From IMG/VR virus record IMGVR_UViG_3300046535_000406, positions 32,001 to 96,000 of that record: 64,000 nt of DNA. One strand, written 5' to 3'. This DNA comes from a virus. Below the pieces are notes generated by a model. It was not told the DNA's origin and did no database searches. It saw nothing but the letters and a program-made list of their open reading frames with translations. The position numbers were made by a program, and so were the translations under genes. Shown here one piece after another: positions 8,669 to 20,600 of this stretch (its first letter is position 1; every line of letters starts with the position of its first letter).

Positions 8669-11600
8669 TCACCAGCCGCTGGACGTGCTGTTCTGGACCA
8701 CCGGGCCGCTGTAGTTCTTGGTGTATTCCCACGGGTCCATGCCCGCCTTCCGGGCTTCGTTGTTCCACATGCTGCCGTCGTACTTGGACAGCCGGATGAT
8801 CTGGGGCAGCTGAAGGTCGCGGGCGATGATTTCGCGCTCGCCCTCGGTGGACTGGAACCAGCTGGGGTTGACGAAAGAGGTGGCGTAGAAGTTTTCGAGG
8901 TTCATCTTGGCCGTGATCATCACGCCCGCGTCCTGCACGAAGCCCGCGCTCAGGCCCAGCGAGCCGCCGCGACCTGACGGGTAGCCCAGCCTGCTGAGTC
9001 GTTCGTAGTACGCCTGCGCATCCGTCGTGTCGGCGACGTTGCGCACCCACAGCCACGTGCCGGTGGCCGGGTCGTAGGCGTTGCGAATGTCCTTGATCCA
9101 CTGGACGCTGCTGTTCTCGTAGCGCGGGTCGAAGGTGGCATGGAGCACGGCCCACTGGTTGATCTTGGAGGCGTAGGCGTAGGCATCGGCGTCCGTCTTG
9201 GAGGCGATGAGCCCGGCACCGTAGGTGCGAGCCGAACCCATCTTCTCGACCGTCTTCTCGCCCGACATGCCGCTGCCGGAGTAGCTATGCACGTATCCGA
9301 GGGCTTCCTGCATGGACGACTTGCTCGGGCGACCCGGCACGTCGGAACTCGGGTCCAGTAGTCGCCGCGCCTCCTTCAGGGGATCGGTGGTCGGCGACGG
9401 CAGCAGGTCGCGGTCCCACTCGGCCATCTTGTCGATGTGCTGCTCGTCGTACGTCAGTTGGAGCCGGAAGACGCCGCCGTCCTGAAGCAGCCAGTCACGC
9501 CACGACTGCGGCACATCGGCGCCCTTGGGACCGGCCATGGCAGCCTTGACTTCACTCGCGAAGAAGGTCTGGTAGTCGCCGCGCACTTGGTTCTTGCGCA
9601 GCAGCGCGGCCTCGCGGAAGGCGTCGTACGACTTCTGGCGCAGGCCCTTCCAGTCGTTCAGCACCGGCTGAATGATCTGTAGGAACTGCTGGTCCGACAT
9701 GGCTTCGAGGTGGCCCAGCGTGCGGGCGATGGCCTTGGGATCGACGTTCGCCAGCAGGGCCGGGTTCTTCCGGGCGTCGCGCCAGAACATGCTCCACATG
9801 GGCAGCAGGCCCATCTCGCCGCCCTGCCCCTCGTTGGCCGGGTCCAGCGTGTCGAACTTGCCGCCCATGCCCACCCAAGAGCGCGTCTTGTCGATGCCCC
9901 AGAGGTGGCCGTCGCTCTGGGACACCATCCAGTTGCCGATGTGGGCGTCGTCGTTGGCCGTCAGCCAGTCAAGGACCGACTGCTGGAAGAACTCGGTCGT
10001 CTGGTCTGGCGTCAGTTCGCCGGGGCTCTTTACGTGCTCGATGTCCGGCACGAGCTTCTGAAGCGCGCCGTTGGTCATCTTGCCGTTGATTTCGAGGGTG
10101 TATTGCTTCACCGGCGGCGTGCGCAGGTCGAGCAGCCCAGCCAGCTGGTTCACGGCCACGTCGGTGCGCGCTCCGCGACCAGAGGCACCGATCTTGAACA
10201 TCCACTCGTTGCCCTGCGAGTCAATGAAGGCGGCCTTGGGCGACTGGCCGCCGAGCCCCTTGGCGCTGAGCAGCTTCAGGTCCTGCGGCACCGGCCAGAT
10301 GGTTGGAGCCACGATCGGGGTCGCGACCGTCCCGGCGGCGGAGGACGCGCCCATCTCGGCTTCGATGTCCTGCCGCATCATGTTGGCCCGGTCGGCGGTC
10401 ACCCTGATCCATGCGCGGCTCGTGGTGGCCGCTTCGGCGCCCTTGTAGCGCAGCAGCAGGTCACGCAGAGCCGGGTTGGCGCTCAGCACCTGCTGGTCCA
10501 CTTCGAGCACGGTGCCGGGCGTGGCAGCGATGTTGGAGAGCAGCGAGTGGAGCATCCGGACGGTGGAGGCGGTGACCTCGGCCTCGGTCGTGCCGGAGGC
10601 GATCGTCAGGTTGGTCCATTCCATGATCGGCCCGGTGCGCAGCCACTCGGCTTCGACCTTGCCGCCCGCCCAGCTGGACACGGCTCGCAGGCCGTTGGCG
10701 CGGATCGTCTCGCCCCCGGCCAGCCACAGGTTGTCGGGGGTTCCGCCCATGATCTTGATGGGCTGGTTGGCGAGCACGCCCTTGGGCAGGTCCACCAGCT
10801 GGGGAGGCTTGGGGATCGCCGCGAGGACTTGCCCCTGAAGGAGCGGGTCTTCGGTGTTGGCGAGCAGCGCGTTGGCGAGCGTTTCAGCCTGCGGCCCTTC
10901 GAGCCTGACGCCGGGACCCAGTGCGTCGAAGAAGCCACCGCCCTGCCCCTCGGCAGGCCGGACCCTGAAGTCCGTGCCGCCCGCACGCAACAGCAGGTCC
11001 TTCATGCCCGGGTGCGCGTCGAGGACCGCGTCGATCACGTACAGGCGGGAGGCGGCCATCACGTTGCCGTCTTCGTCCACGCGCTGGGCCGTCTTCTGTG
11101 CGAGGTCCAGCAACTCGGACCACGTGGCGTCGTTGACTTCCTTCGCGGTGGCACCCAAGCTCTCGGCGCCGACCAAGCTCACCAGCGATCCCGTGGTGCT
11201 GACGGCGTACAGGGTCTTGACTTGGTTGCCGCCCGACACGGTGTACGTGGCTGTCTGGATCGTCTGTGGCAGCTTCGTCCCGGGCACGATCTGCTGGGGA
11301 CCCGGGAGCGCCGCCTCGGACGCACCGAGGTGGTGGGTCGCGATCATCTCGGAGTGGTCGTAGCCCAGCAGGGTGTCGAGCCGGGAGGACGCGGGGATCA
11401 GCGGACCCTGAGCTACCTGCGACAGGGACTGGGCGCTGACCGGCGGCACGTAGAGCGGGCTGTTGGGCGTGATCAGCTTGGCGTTCGGGACGTAGGGCAC
11501 GATCGGTGCCGCCTTCAGGGCGCCCGGCACCATGGTCACCGGCGTGCCGTCTTCGAGCTTCACGCTGACCGTGCTCATGGTCGTGGAGGTGACGGTGCCG

Positions 11601-14600
11601 TTGCCCTGCGGCGTGATCACCTTGTCGCCGAACTTCCACGGGTTCGGCGCGTACGGGCTGGCCTTCAGTTGGTCCAGCGTGGCCGTCTGGATGACGGATG
11701 AGCCCTTCATCGAGAGGGTCACATCGCCGACCGGGCTGATCGAGGTGATCATGGCGTTGACGCCATTGGGGAGCAGCGCGTAGTCGCCGACCTTCCACGG
11801 CTGGGGCAACTGCTTCAGCAGCAGCTGGTTGTACGTCTCGACCACCGGCGGCAGGCCCTCGGGTGCCACGTTGACGAGCAGCCCGGACGGAGAGGCGGCG
11901 TTGGTGACCACGCCCATCTGGCCCTTCGGCGTCATCACGAAGTCGCCGGTCTTCAGCGGATTGGCAGGCGGCTCGGGAGCCTTCAGGTCGGGGATCGCCG
12001 CGCTGGCCGGGTTGCCGCCCACGTCGAGCGTGATGGTGTCGGTGCTCACGTTGGTGACGGTGCCGACCTTGCCGCTGGGAAGCTGGCCGATGTCACCCGC
12101 CTTCCACAGCTTGGGGATCGGCTTGATGTCCTGCCCGACCAACGTCTGCGTGGTGCCGTCTTCGAGCGCCACGGTCACGGTGGCCGGGTTCACGGTGCTA
12201 TCGACCGACACGACCTCGGCGAGCCCGAAGCCGGAGGCGAACACCGGGTCGCCGGTTTCGAGGTTGCCGACGCCCTTCTGGACGATGGTGACCGAGGTCT
12301 TGCCCAGCTGCTGCACGTTGCCCGTGGTGTTGCCCGAGTAGAGGGCCTTCAGGTAGTAGCCGGTGTCGGGTATCTCGGTGACGACGTAGGGCTTGCCGCC
12401 GGTGTAGTAGACGACCGTGTCGCCCACGGCCACTTCGGATGCGGGCCACGTCTGGACGTAGGACAGCTGCGACATGGGGATGTTCGCGCCGGAGCCGTAG
12501 CTCTGGATGGTGACCTTCGCCTTGCCGTTCTTGAAGACCTTGACGATCTTGCCGTAGTTACCGTCCTGCTTCAGCACCCAGTCGCCCACGGCGAGCTTGT
12601 GGGCCGAGAGGGCCGCCTTGGACAGGGTGGGCGCAACGACCTTGGGCACGTTCACGCCGGTCGGCGTCAGGAAAGCTACGTTGGTCCACGACTTGGGATA
12701 CGTGTCCCAGTCCACCAGCACGGTGCTGCCGCTGGACACCTCGGTCACGGTGCCGGTGCCGAAGCTCGGGTGGGTGACCTGATCGCCGACCTTCAGCCCA
12801 GCCGGGGCCGTGCTCGCCTTCACGGTCGCGACTGTCCCCGGCTCGACCTTGGTCAGGGTCGAGATGCCGACCAGCTGCTTGCCGTTGGCCCCGAAGTCCA
12901 CCATCGCGGTCGGGCTGTAGGGGGTCTTCTCAATGACCGTGCCGGTGCCGTAGAGGGGCTGAGCCACGGTGTCCCCGGGCTTGGGGACGTACGTCTCACC
13001 GGCGGACGGCACGGGCTTGACGATGCTGGCGTAGGCGCTGCCGGGTCCACCCTTGGCGGTGCTGACCGTGCCGCTGCCCTCCCACTTCACCGTGACGGCG
13101 TTGTCGCTGACATTGGTGACAACGCCGCTGGTGCCGGTGGGGGTCCACTTCACCTTGTCGCCGACGACGAAGGTCGCAGGGACTGGCTCGGGCGCCACGA
13201 ACGGGGTCAGGTCGCTCTCCGCCTTCAGGAGCGGGTAGCCAGTCACGTCGGAGGTCACGATGACCATGCCGCTCGGCTGGTTCAGCTGGGTCACGGTCGC
13301 CGTGATGGGCTGGTTTCCGGCGTCAGTGAACGTCACCTTGTCGCCGATGGCGTACTTGGGCGCGGCGGCTGGCTTCAGGAGTTCCGTCTTCACGGTCAGG
13401 GTGCCCGTCCCGGAGCCCACTCCTGCTGTCCCGAGGGTCACGTTGGCCTTCGTGCCGTCGTCGGTCACGTAGGCGATCTTGCCGGTCTGGCCGGTCGGCA
13501 CGGTCACCCAGTCGCCTTGGTGAAAGCCCGGTTGGACCTTGACCAGCGTCAGGTCCTTCGTCTCCTGAGTGAGGTTCGCCGTCATGGTCGTGACATGGGC
13601 CGTCAGGCCGTCGGGAGAGAGGTAGTTCACGACGCCCTCGTCGCCGCCGTAGGTGAGCACGGAGTCGCCGACCTTGATCTGAGGCTTGGGCGTGAGCTTC
13701 GCTGGGTTGTAGATTTTCGATGACGGGGCGTTGGGCGACGTGAGCGGGTCGAACGACACCTCGACGGTGGCCGAGTTGACTTGGGCGATCGTGCCGATGC
13801 CGTAGTCGTTCGTCAGCACCTTGTCGCCGACGGCAAACTTGGGCGCAGGCGTGGTCGCCGTGATCCAGCCCTTGTTCACGCTCTCCGGGACCAGCACGAA
13901 TGGCGTGCCGTCCACGCCCATCGCCTGCACGTTGCCGGTCACCGGGAACAGCTTGGTGACGGTCAGGTTCTGGCCGCCATAGTTGACGTGTTCGCCGATG
14001 CGGAACGGCGCCGGGTTGGCGTTCTCCAACTCGCTCGGCTCGAACGTCACCTGTGTGGCGTGCTCGTCGTTCAGGATCACTTCGATGTCCAAGCCGTCAG
14101 GCGAGATGGCCGTGATCGTGCCCGTCTCGCCGTCGAAGGCGCCACCGATCGCCTTCACGGTGACCTTGCCACCGACCTTGGGACCGACAGCCGCCGACAA
14201 CTGGGAGGTTGGGAAGTAGCCCCATACGGGCTCGCCCGGGAACTCGACTCCCCACGTCATCTCGCCGTTCACGATCCCGTGGGTGCCCATGACGGTCCCT
14301 GTCTTGCCGTTCACGCTGACGGTGTCTCCGGCCTTGGGGGTAAGCGGGCTCGGGACAGCGGCAGGCGTCAATGTGCCTGCCTTGGCAGAGACGATCACCT
14401 CGTTCTGGGCGAAGGTCCCCGTACTCCCATCGAGCATGGTCACGTCCATCATCTGGCCGTTCAGTGACACGTAGTTCACGGTGCCCATCTGCCCGCCGTA
14501 CGTGGCGACATCGCCGGTGGCGTCGCCGCCGCCGGGCTTGACCACGATTTCGTCGCCCACCTTGGCGAGCACAGGCGGCGGAGCACCGACCAGCTTCAGG

Positions 14601-17600
14601 TTCACCTGCGGCGACTCAAGCCCCTGCGCTCCACCGAACCCCGGCCACTTCACATTGGCGGTCTTGGATACGTCGTTGATCGCCACGACCGTGCCGCCCT
14701 TGTATGCGGAGTTGCCGTTCATGTGGTCCACGATGTCGCCGACCTTCAGGCCAGCTGGCTCAGCCGGTTTCGCGAGCAGCATGTCCTTGCCGAAGAAGGG
14801 CAGGCCCGGCGCACCGGCAACGTGGTATTCGTCCACGCCGTCGATCGAGGCGATCACGTCCACCTTGCCGTTCGGGAGCACGACCTGATCGCCGATGCTG
14901 AAGGCCGCCTGCTTGGTGGGCTCGGCCACCTTCGTCACGCTGCCCGCCGGAACGATGTCGCCGGGCGCGAAGGTGTTGCCGATCGACAGCTGCACGTTGC
15001 CGTTGTCGAAGGTGTGCATGACCTTGGCGTACTTGCCGTCCGGCTTCAGCGCCCAGTCTCCGACCTTCAGGCCCTCGGGCGGGATCGGCGTGAAGGCCGG
15101 GACCACGCCCACCTTCACGGCGTGCTCGCCGTTCATGTCGGCCCAGAGATTGCCGTCTGAGTCCTTCACGTCGATCAGGCCGTTCGGCTTCACGGCCATG
15201 ACCTCGTACGTGGGCGGACCGGAGCCGACGAACTTCACCTTGTCGCCGACAGCCAGTGTCGTCGGCGGCGGCTCGATCACGCCCTTCGCGAAGGAGACGG
15301 CAGGCGCGACCTTCGAGAGGTTGGGGTTGGTGGCGGCCTTGTGCACGACCGCGCCGGACTGGGTCGTGATCGTAAGCTCGCCGGACTGGCTGATCTGGGT
15401 GACGGTGCCGGTCTGCATGGGCGTGCCCAAGCTCGGCTTCCCCCACTGCACCTGATCCCCGAGGTTGTAGCCGCCCGCCTTACTGCCCGGGAAGACGACG
15501 TTCGGGGTGGTCGCGGTGTAGGGCGTCACGTCCTCGGGCTTCAGCTTGAACGTCGTGCCGCTGACGGAGGTGACGCTCAGCTTCCCGTTGTGGTCCACGG
15601 AGGTCACGAAGCCGTTCAGCCCCTTGCCCCAGACGATGTGATCGCCTGCCGCGTAGCTGCTTGCGACGGTGGTGGCAGGGACCGGCTTGGGCGCTGACTG
15701 GATCGTCGGCGCGATGCCGGGCGCAGCCTTGGCTTTGACTTCGTCGGCCTTCAGGTCCTTCAGCAGGGCCTCGGCGTCGAGTCGGCCCATCTTGATGTCG
15801 CCCTTGGTGGCAGCGGTGCCGTAGGCCACCTCGAACAGGTTGCGCAGGTCGAGCGGCATCCCGCCCACGATCGACGCCCGGACGACGGTGTATTCGATGC
15901 CCGGCGTGGTTTCCATGGCCTCCGCCATGCGCTTCATGTGGGCCAGCAGCAGGGTGGGCGTGTAGTCGCCTTCGGCGCTTGACACCTCGATGCGCTGGCC
16001 GATCCGCCGCCACTGGACCTTCAGGGCCTGATTGCCGTCGCCGTAGATCGTCTCCTTCAGGGCCTTGTTGGCCGTGCCCGCGAGGTGCACCGGGTGGATC
16101 GTCTGCTCGATGTCAGGGATCGACGCCAGAGCGATCGCCTGCGGGTCGTAGCCCTCGATGGTGCCGAGTGTCGAGAACGTCGGAGCGACCGGCGGTGGGG
16201 CGACGGTCACGATGGTGGGCGCCTGCCCATCGGCCACCAGCTTGTCCCGGATGGCCTGCACGTCCTCCGGCTTGAACGCCATGTCGTTGGTCTTGGACAG
16301 CACGCCGCCGTACGCCTTCAGGGTGTCGCGCATCGACAGGCTGGTCGCGAGGAAGGCGTCGGAGTCAATGCGCAGCCGGTACAGGGAAGGCGTCTTGTCG
16401 AACAGGTCCGCCGCGTGCTGGATGAACGCGAACGCGACGTTGTCCGCGATGTGCTCGGATGGCGCGGTCAGCTTCAGAAGCTCCACCCGGTTGCCCAGTC
16501 GGCGGTAGTCGAGCGAGGAACCGCCGCCCCAGACGACGTGCTTGACGCTCGTGTTGGCACCCGACAGGTAGGCCGCCTTCTCGTTCGTCTCCACGCCCCA
16601 GTGCATGGCGAAGTTGTCCACCACGGCGGGGTCGTATCCGGGCACTGAGCCGAAGGCGAGCGTCACCGGGACAGCGTTGGTCGCGGCTCCCACCTCGGAG
16701 TCGAGGTCGGACACGATCTGGTCCACGTCGGACTTCAGCAGCTTCTGGCTCGGGTCCCAGCCAGCCTCCTCCAACCATGTGCGCACGGGACCCGGTTCGA
16801 GGATCGGCCCCTTCAGGTTCAGGTGAGTCAAGGACGGCGTCGCGTCCATGTAGTCGTTGAACTTCCGCATCTGGGCGGCGAACACACCCAGCTGGTCGCC
16901 GGTGGTCTGCCATAGCTCCAAGCGGTTGCCGATGCGCCGCCACTCCGCCGTGCCGCCGTCGATCGCGCCGGTGCCGTAGTGCGTCTGCTTCATGGTCGTG
17001 TTGGCGCCCGACAGGAGCGAGTGGCCGCTGACCGACTTCTCGTACTGGACGGTGTAGAGGGACGCCGTCAGGGGGTCGTACGCGCCGACGGTGACGGGAT
17101 TGGGCACTGCCAGCGTCGCGCCGGTCAGCACGCCCGTCTGGGGCGGCACAGGGAGCGCCTGTGGACTGGCGATGCCCGACGCCTGCTTGATGTCCTTGGC
17201 AAGCTGCTGGGCGTCTTCGTAGGGCAGGATGATGCGGGTCTGGGAGCCGCTGAGGTCCAGCGATCCGTTGTAGTGGTCGAGCAGCATGTTCTTCCAGTGC
17301 TCATCGATCACGGACAGCGCCTGATCCTCGTAGATGAGCTTCTGCCCGTAGCTCAGTGACTCACCGGCGTACTGGGTGACGACCATGAAGGTCGTGTTCT
17401 GCATGGCGATAGGCGAGGTCAGGTTCAGGATGCGCATCGGCTTGGTGGCGTTGGGCGGGTAGTCGAGCGTCCCGCCGATGTCGAACTTGCCCGCCTTCCA
17501 TGACAGGCTGAGCGCGCCACCTCCGAGGGCCAGCGTGTCTGGGATGGCTCCGATGGCGGCTGCCATCTGGGCGATGTCCTCGGTGGCCCAGCCTGCGAAG

Positions 17601-20600
17601 TCAATCGACCCGGCGACCTTGGTGCCACCGGCTGCCAGCGATCCGACGGTGATCAGCTGGGTGTCCGTGGAGAGTTTCGTCGCGAGGTCCGTGGCCTGCG
17701 CAGCCGTCAGCGTCAACCAGCCGTACTGGCTCTCGACCGCGCCCGCCTGCTTCATCAGGTCGCTCAGCGTGGGCATGGCGTTGAGGAACGAGGTGGGCAC
17801 GATCAGGTTCTTTGGCGCGATCTTCAGCGGGTCGAGCGGGAACGAGGCGATGCCGGACAGCGCGGCCAGATACGAGGCGTCGCTGCCCAGCGTCGTGCCG
17901 CCGATCGAGTAGAGGACCAGATCGCCTTGCAGGTTCTTCTTCATCGAGGCGTACAGGCCGCCGATCGCGCCGCCGACGGGCTTGACTTGGTACGCAGACT
18001 CACCCGTGGCGAGTTGGGTCTGCCAGCCCTTGTCGAACTCAGCCTTGCTGACGCCCAGCTTCTGGAACAGGCCGCCGACTGCCCCCGGCGGACGGGTCAT
18101 CTTCAGTGTCGCGGGGCTCGTCACGAGCGAAGTGCCGTCGGGGAGCTTCATCACGATCATCCCGCCGGACACGCCCTGCGGCGGAGTGATTTCGCTGACC
18201 ACGCCCGAGGAGCCTGACGGCGTCGTCACGTGGTCGCCGATCTTGAACGGATTGGTGGGTACGACAGGCGTCGGTGCGGCCCCGGCTGGCTTCACCAGCG
18301 CCCAGACAGGCCACTTGTCGATGTGGCCGTCGGCGTATTGGACGGTCGCGCCGTAGAAGTCGAGGCCAGTGATCGACTTGATTTCGACCTTGGTGCCGCT
18401 CGGCAGCAGGGCCGTGTCACCCACGTTCCACGTCAGGAACGGGTGCAGGTTCTTGGCGCTCACGTCCTGCGCGGTCGCGCCGTCGAGCTTGGTGACCGCG
18501 TACGTGCCGTTCGGGTGGATGGCAGAGATGATGCCGTCTTGGCCGTCGAGCGAGGACACGCCGGTGCCAGAGATGTGGACCTTGCCGTCGATCCGCAATG
18601 GCGGGCCGTGCTGGACCATCACCACCTTGGCGTCGCCGATCCCATAGGCCGTGGTCGAGCCCCCGGTATCGACCGCGATGGTCAGGATGCCGTTCGGCGC
18701 GATCTGGGTGACCGTGCCGGTCAGGCCCTCGATTTCGACCTTGGCCCCCACGGTGATGCCCGCAGGCACCCCGCCGGGAGCCATGACGCCGGGCGCCGTA
18801 CCCGGAGCGGGCGCCAACTCCTCGGCCTTGAACGAGACATAGGGAGCGCCGGGCAGCGCCACGTCGTAATACGTCTCGCCGGACGAGAGCAGCCCCACGT
18901 GGGTGATCGAGCCGACCTGCCCGCTGAACGCAGCGCCCTTGGTGACCAGCACCGCATCGCCGACCTTGAACGGCTCGGTAGTCGCTGCCGGGACCCGCGC
19001 CAGTTCCGTCGGTGCGACGGGGAAGGCGTTGGCCGCAGCGCCCTTGACGGTGATCAGGCCGCTGGGCGAGACTGCTTGGATGGTCACCTGCTCCGGGTGG
19101 GCGAAGCCGGGTGGCTGCCAGAGAGCCTGATCGCCGACCTTCCACGGCTCGGCAGCAGTCGTCACGGCACCCGTGCCCGGCGTAAGGCCCGGGTACTTGC
19201 CGAGCTTCAGGTCCTTCTGAACCTCGGAGACGGGGCTGGTGAACTTCGCGCCGCCCGTGACGGCGATGACTTGGTTCGCGTCGATGGTCTGGACGATCGC
19301 TCCGTGTTGGAGCTTGTCGCCGACCTTCACCACGTTGTCCGGGTTAGCCCACGCCCAAGCCTCGCTGCCGACAGCCTTGACCTGTATCTGGACCGGCGTG
19401 ATCCCGGTGTCGATCTTGGTGATCGTGGCGTGGCCCAGCGTCGGGTGGATGACCGCGTCGCCCACCTGCGGAGCCACCGAGGACAACTCGCCGACGGTGA
19501 AGCTCTTGTAGGCGCCGGACGGCAGGGTCACCTCGATCACGTCACCGGGCAGGACCTTGTTGACCTTGCCCACGCCGAACGCGGTCTTCACCACGTCGCC
19601 CTGCACGAAGGTGGTGACGGCGGCCACGGGGGTGGCTGTTCCGACCGCCCACGCCGGGCTGCTGAAGCCGGGTTTCACGAGCGACGACACGGCCATCCAC
19701 GTGGTCGAGCCATCCGGAAGCTCCACGAGCGCGAGTGTCCCGACCGGGTCGATGGTCTGAACGGTGACCATCTGGCCCTTGCCGCTGATCTGCTCGATGA
19801 CCGTGTCGCCGACCTTCAGCGGCGGCTGGGTCACGCCGACATCCGGTACGTGCTTCAGGCCAACGGTGGTCGGGTCGATCAGCAGCCCCGCTCCCGCTCC
19901 GGGCGAGATGTCCCACGTGATGCCGACCTTGCCGTCCGCCACGTTCGTGATCGTGCCGGTGGCGTCCCACATATTCGCGACGTGATCCCCGACCTTGAAC
20001 GTGGCCGACGGCTCGACGTGCTTCAGCATGACGTTCGGGTGCGTGGGATCGAAGGCGGTGCTCGTGATGCCGCTGTCCCACGTGACGGTCACCTTGCCTG
20101 CGTCTGGGAACACGGCAGCGATCACGCCCTTGGTGCCAGAGAGGCCGCCGGACTGGACCTTGTCGCCGACGCGGAAGCCAGCAGCAGAGGGAGCCGCAGG
20201 CGCAGTAGGCGCACCGAGCGACCCGGTCTTGGTGAGGGGAACGCCGAGCGTCGTCGCGTTGGGGTCCACGTGGATGGAGGGTGAGGTTCCAGTGGCCCAG
20301 TGCACGTCGATGAAGCCATCGGCATGGACGAACGTCACCGCGCCCTTCACGCCTGCGCCGTTGACGAGCGTGTCGCCGACCTCCCACGCGGGCTGCGACC
20401 CGATGAACGTCAGGTTCGCGTTCCATGGCTCGGTCGCGAACAGCTTGCCATCGGCGGTGGTCTTCAGGAACAGGATGTCCGGCTCGATCTTGGTGATCGA
20501 GCCCTCGTTGCCGAGATAGTTGACGAGGTCGCCGATCTGCCATTGGTGGGCCAGCGACAGGTCGGCGATCGAGAAGGTCTGCTCCCCGAAGCCGATCTTC

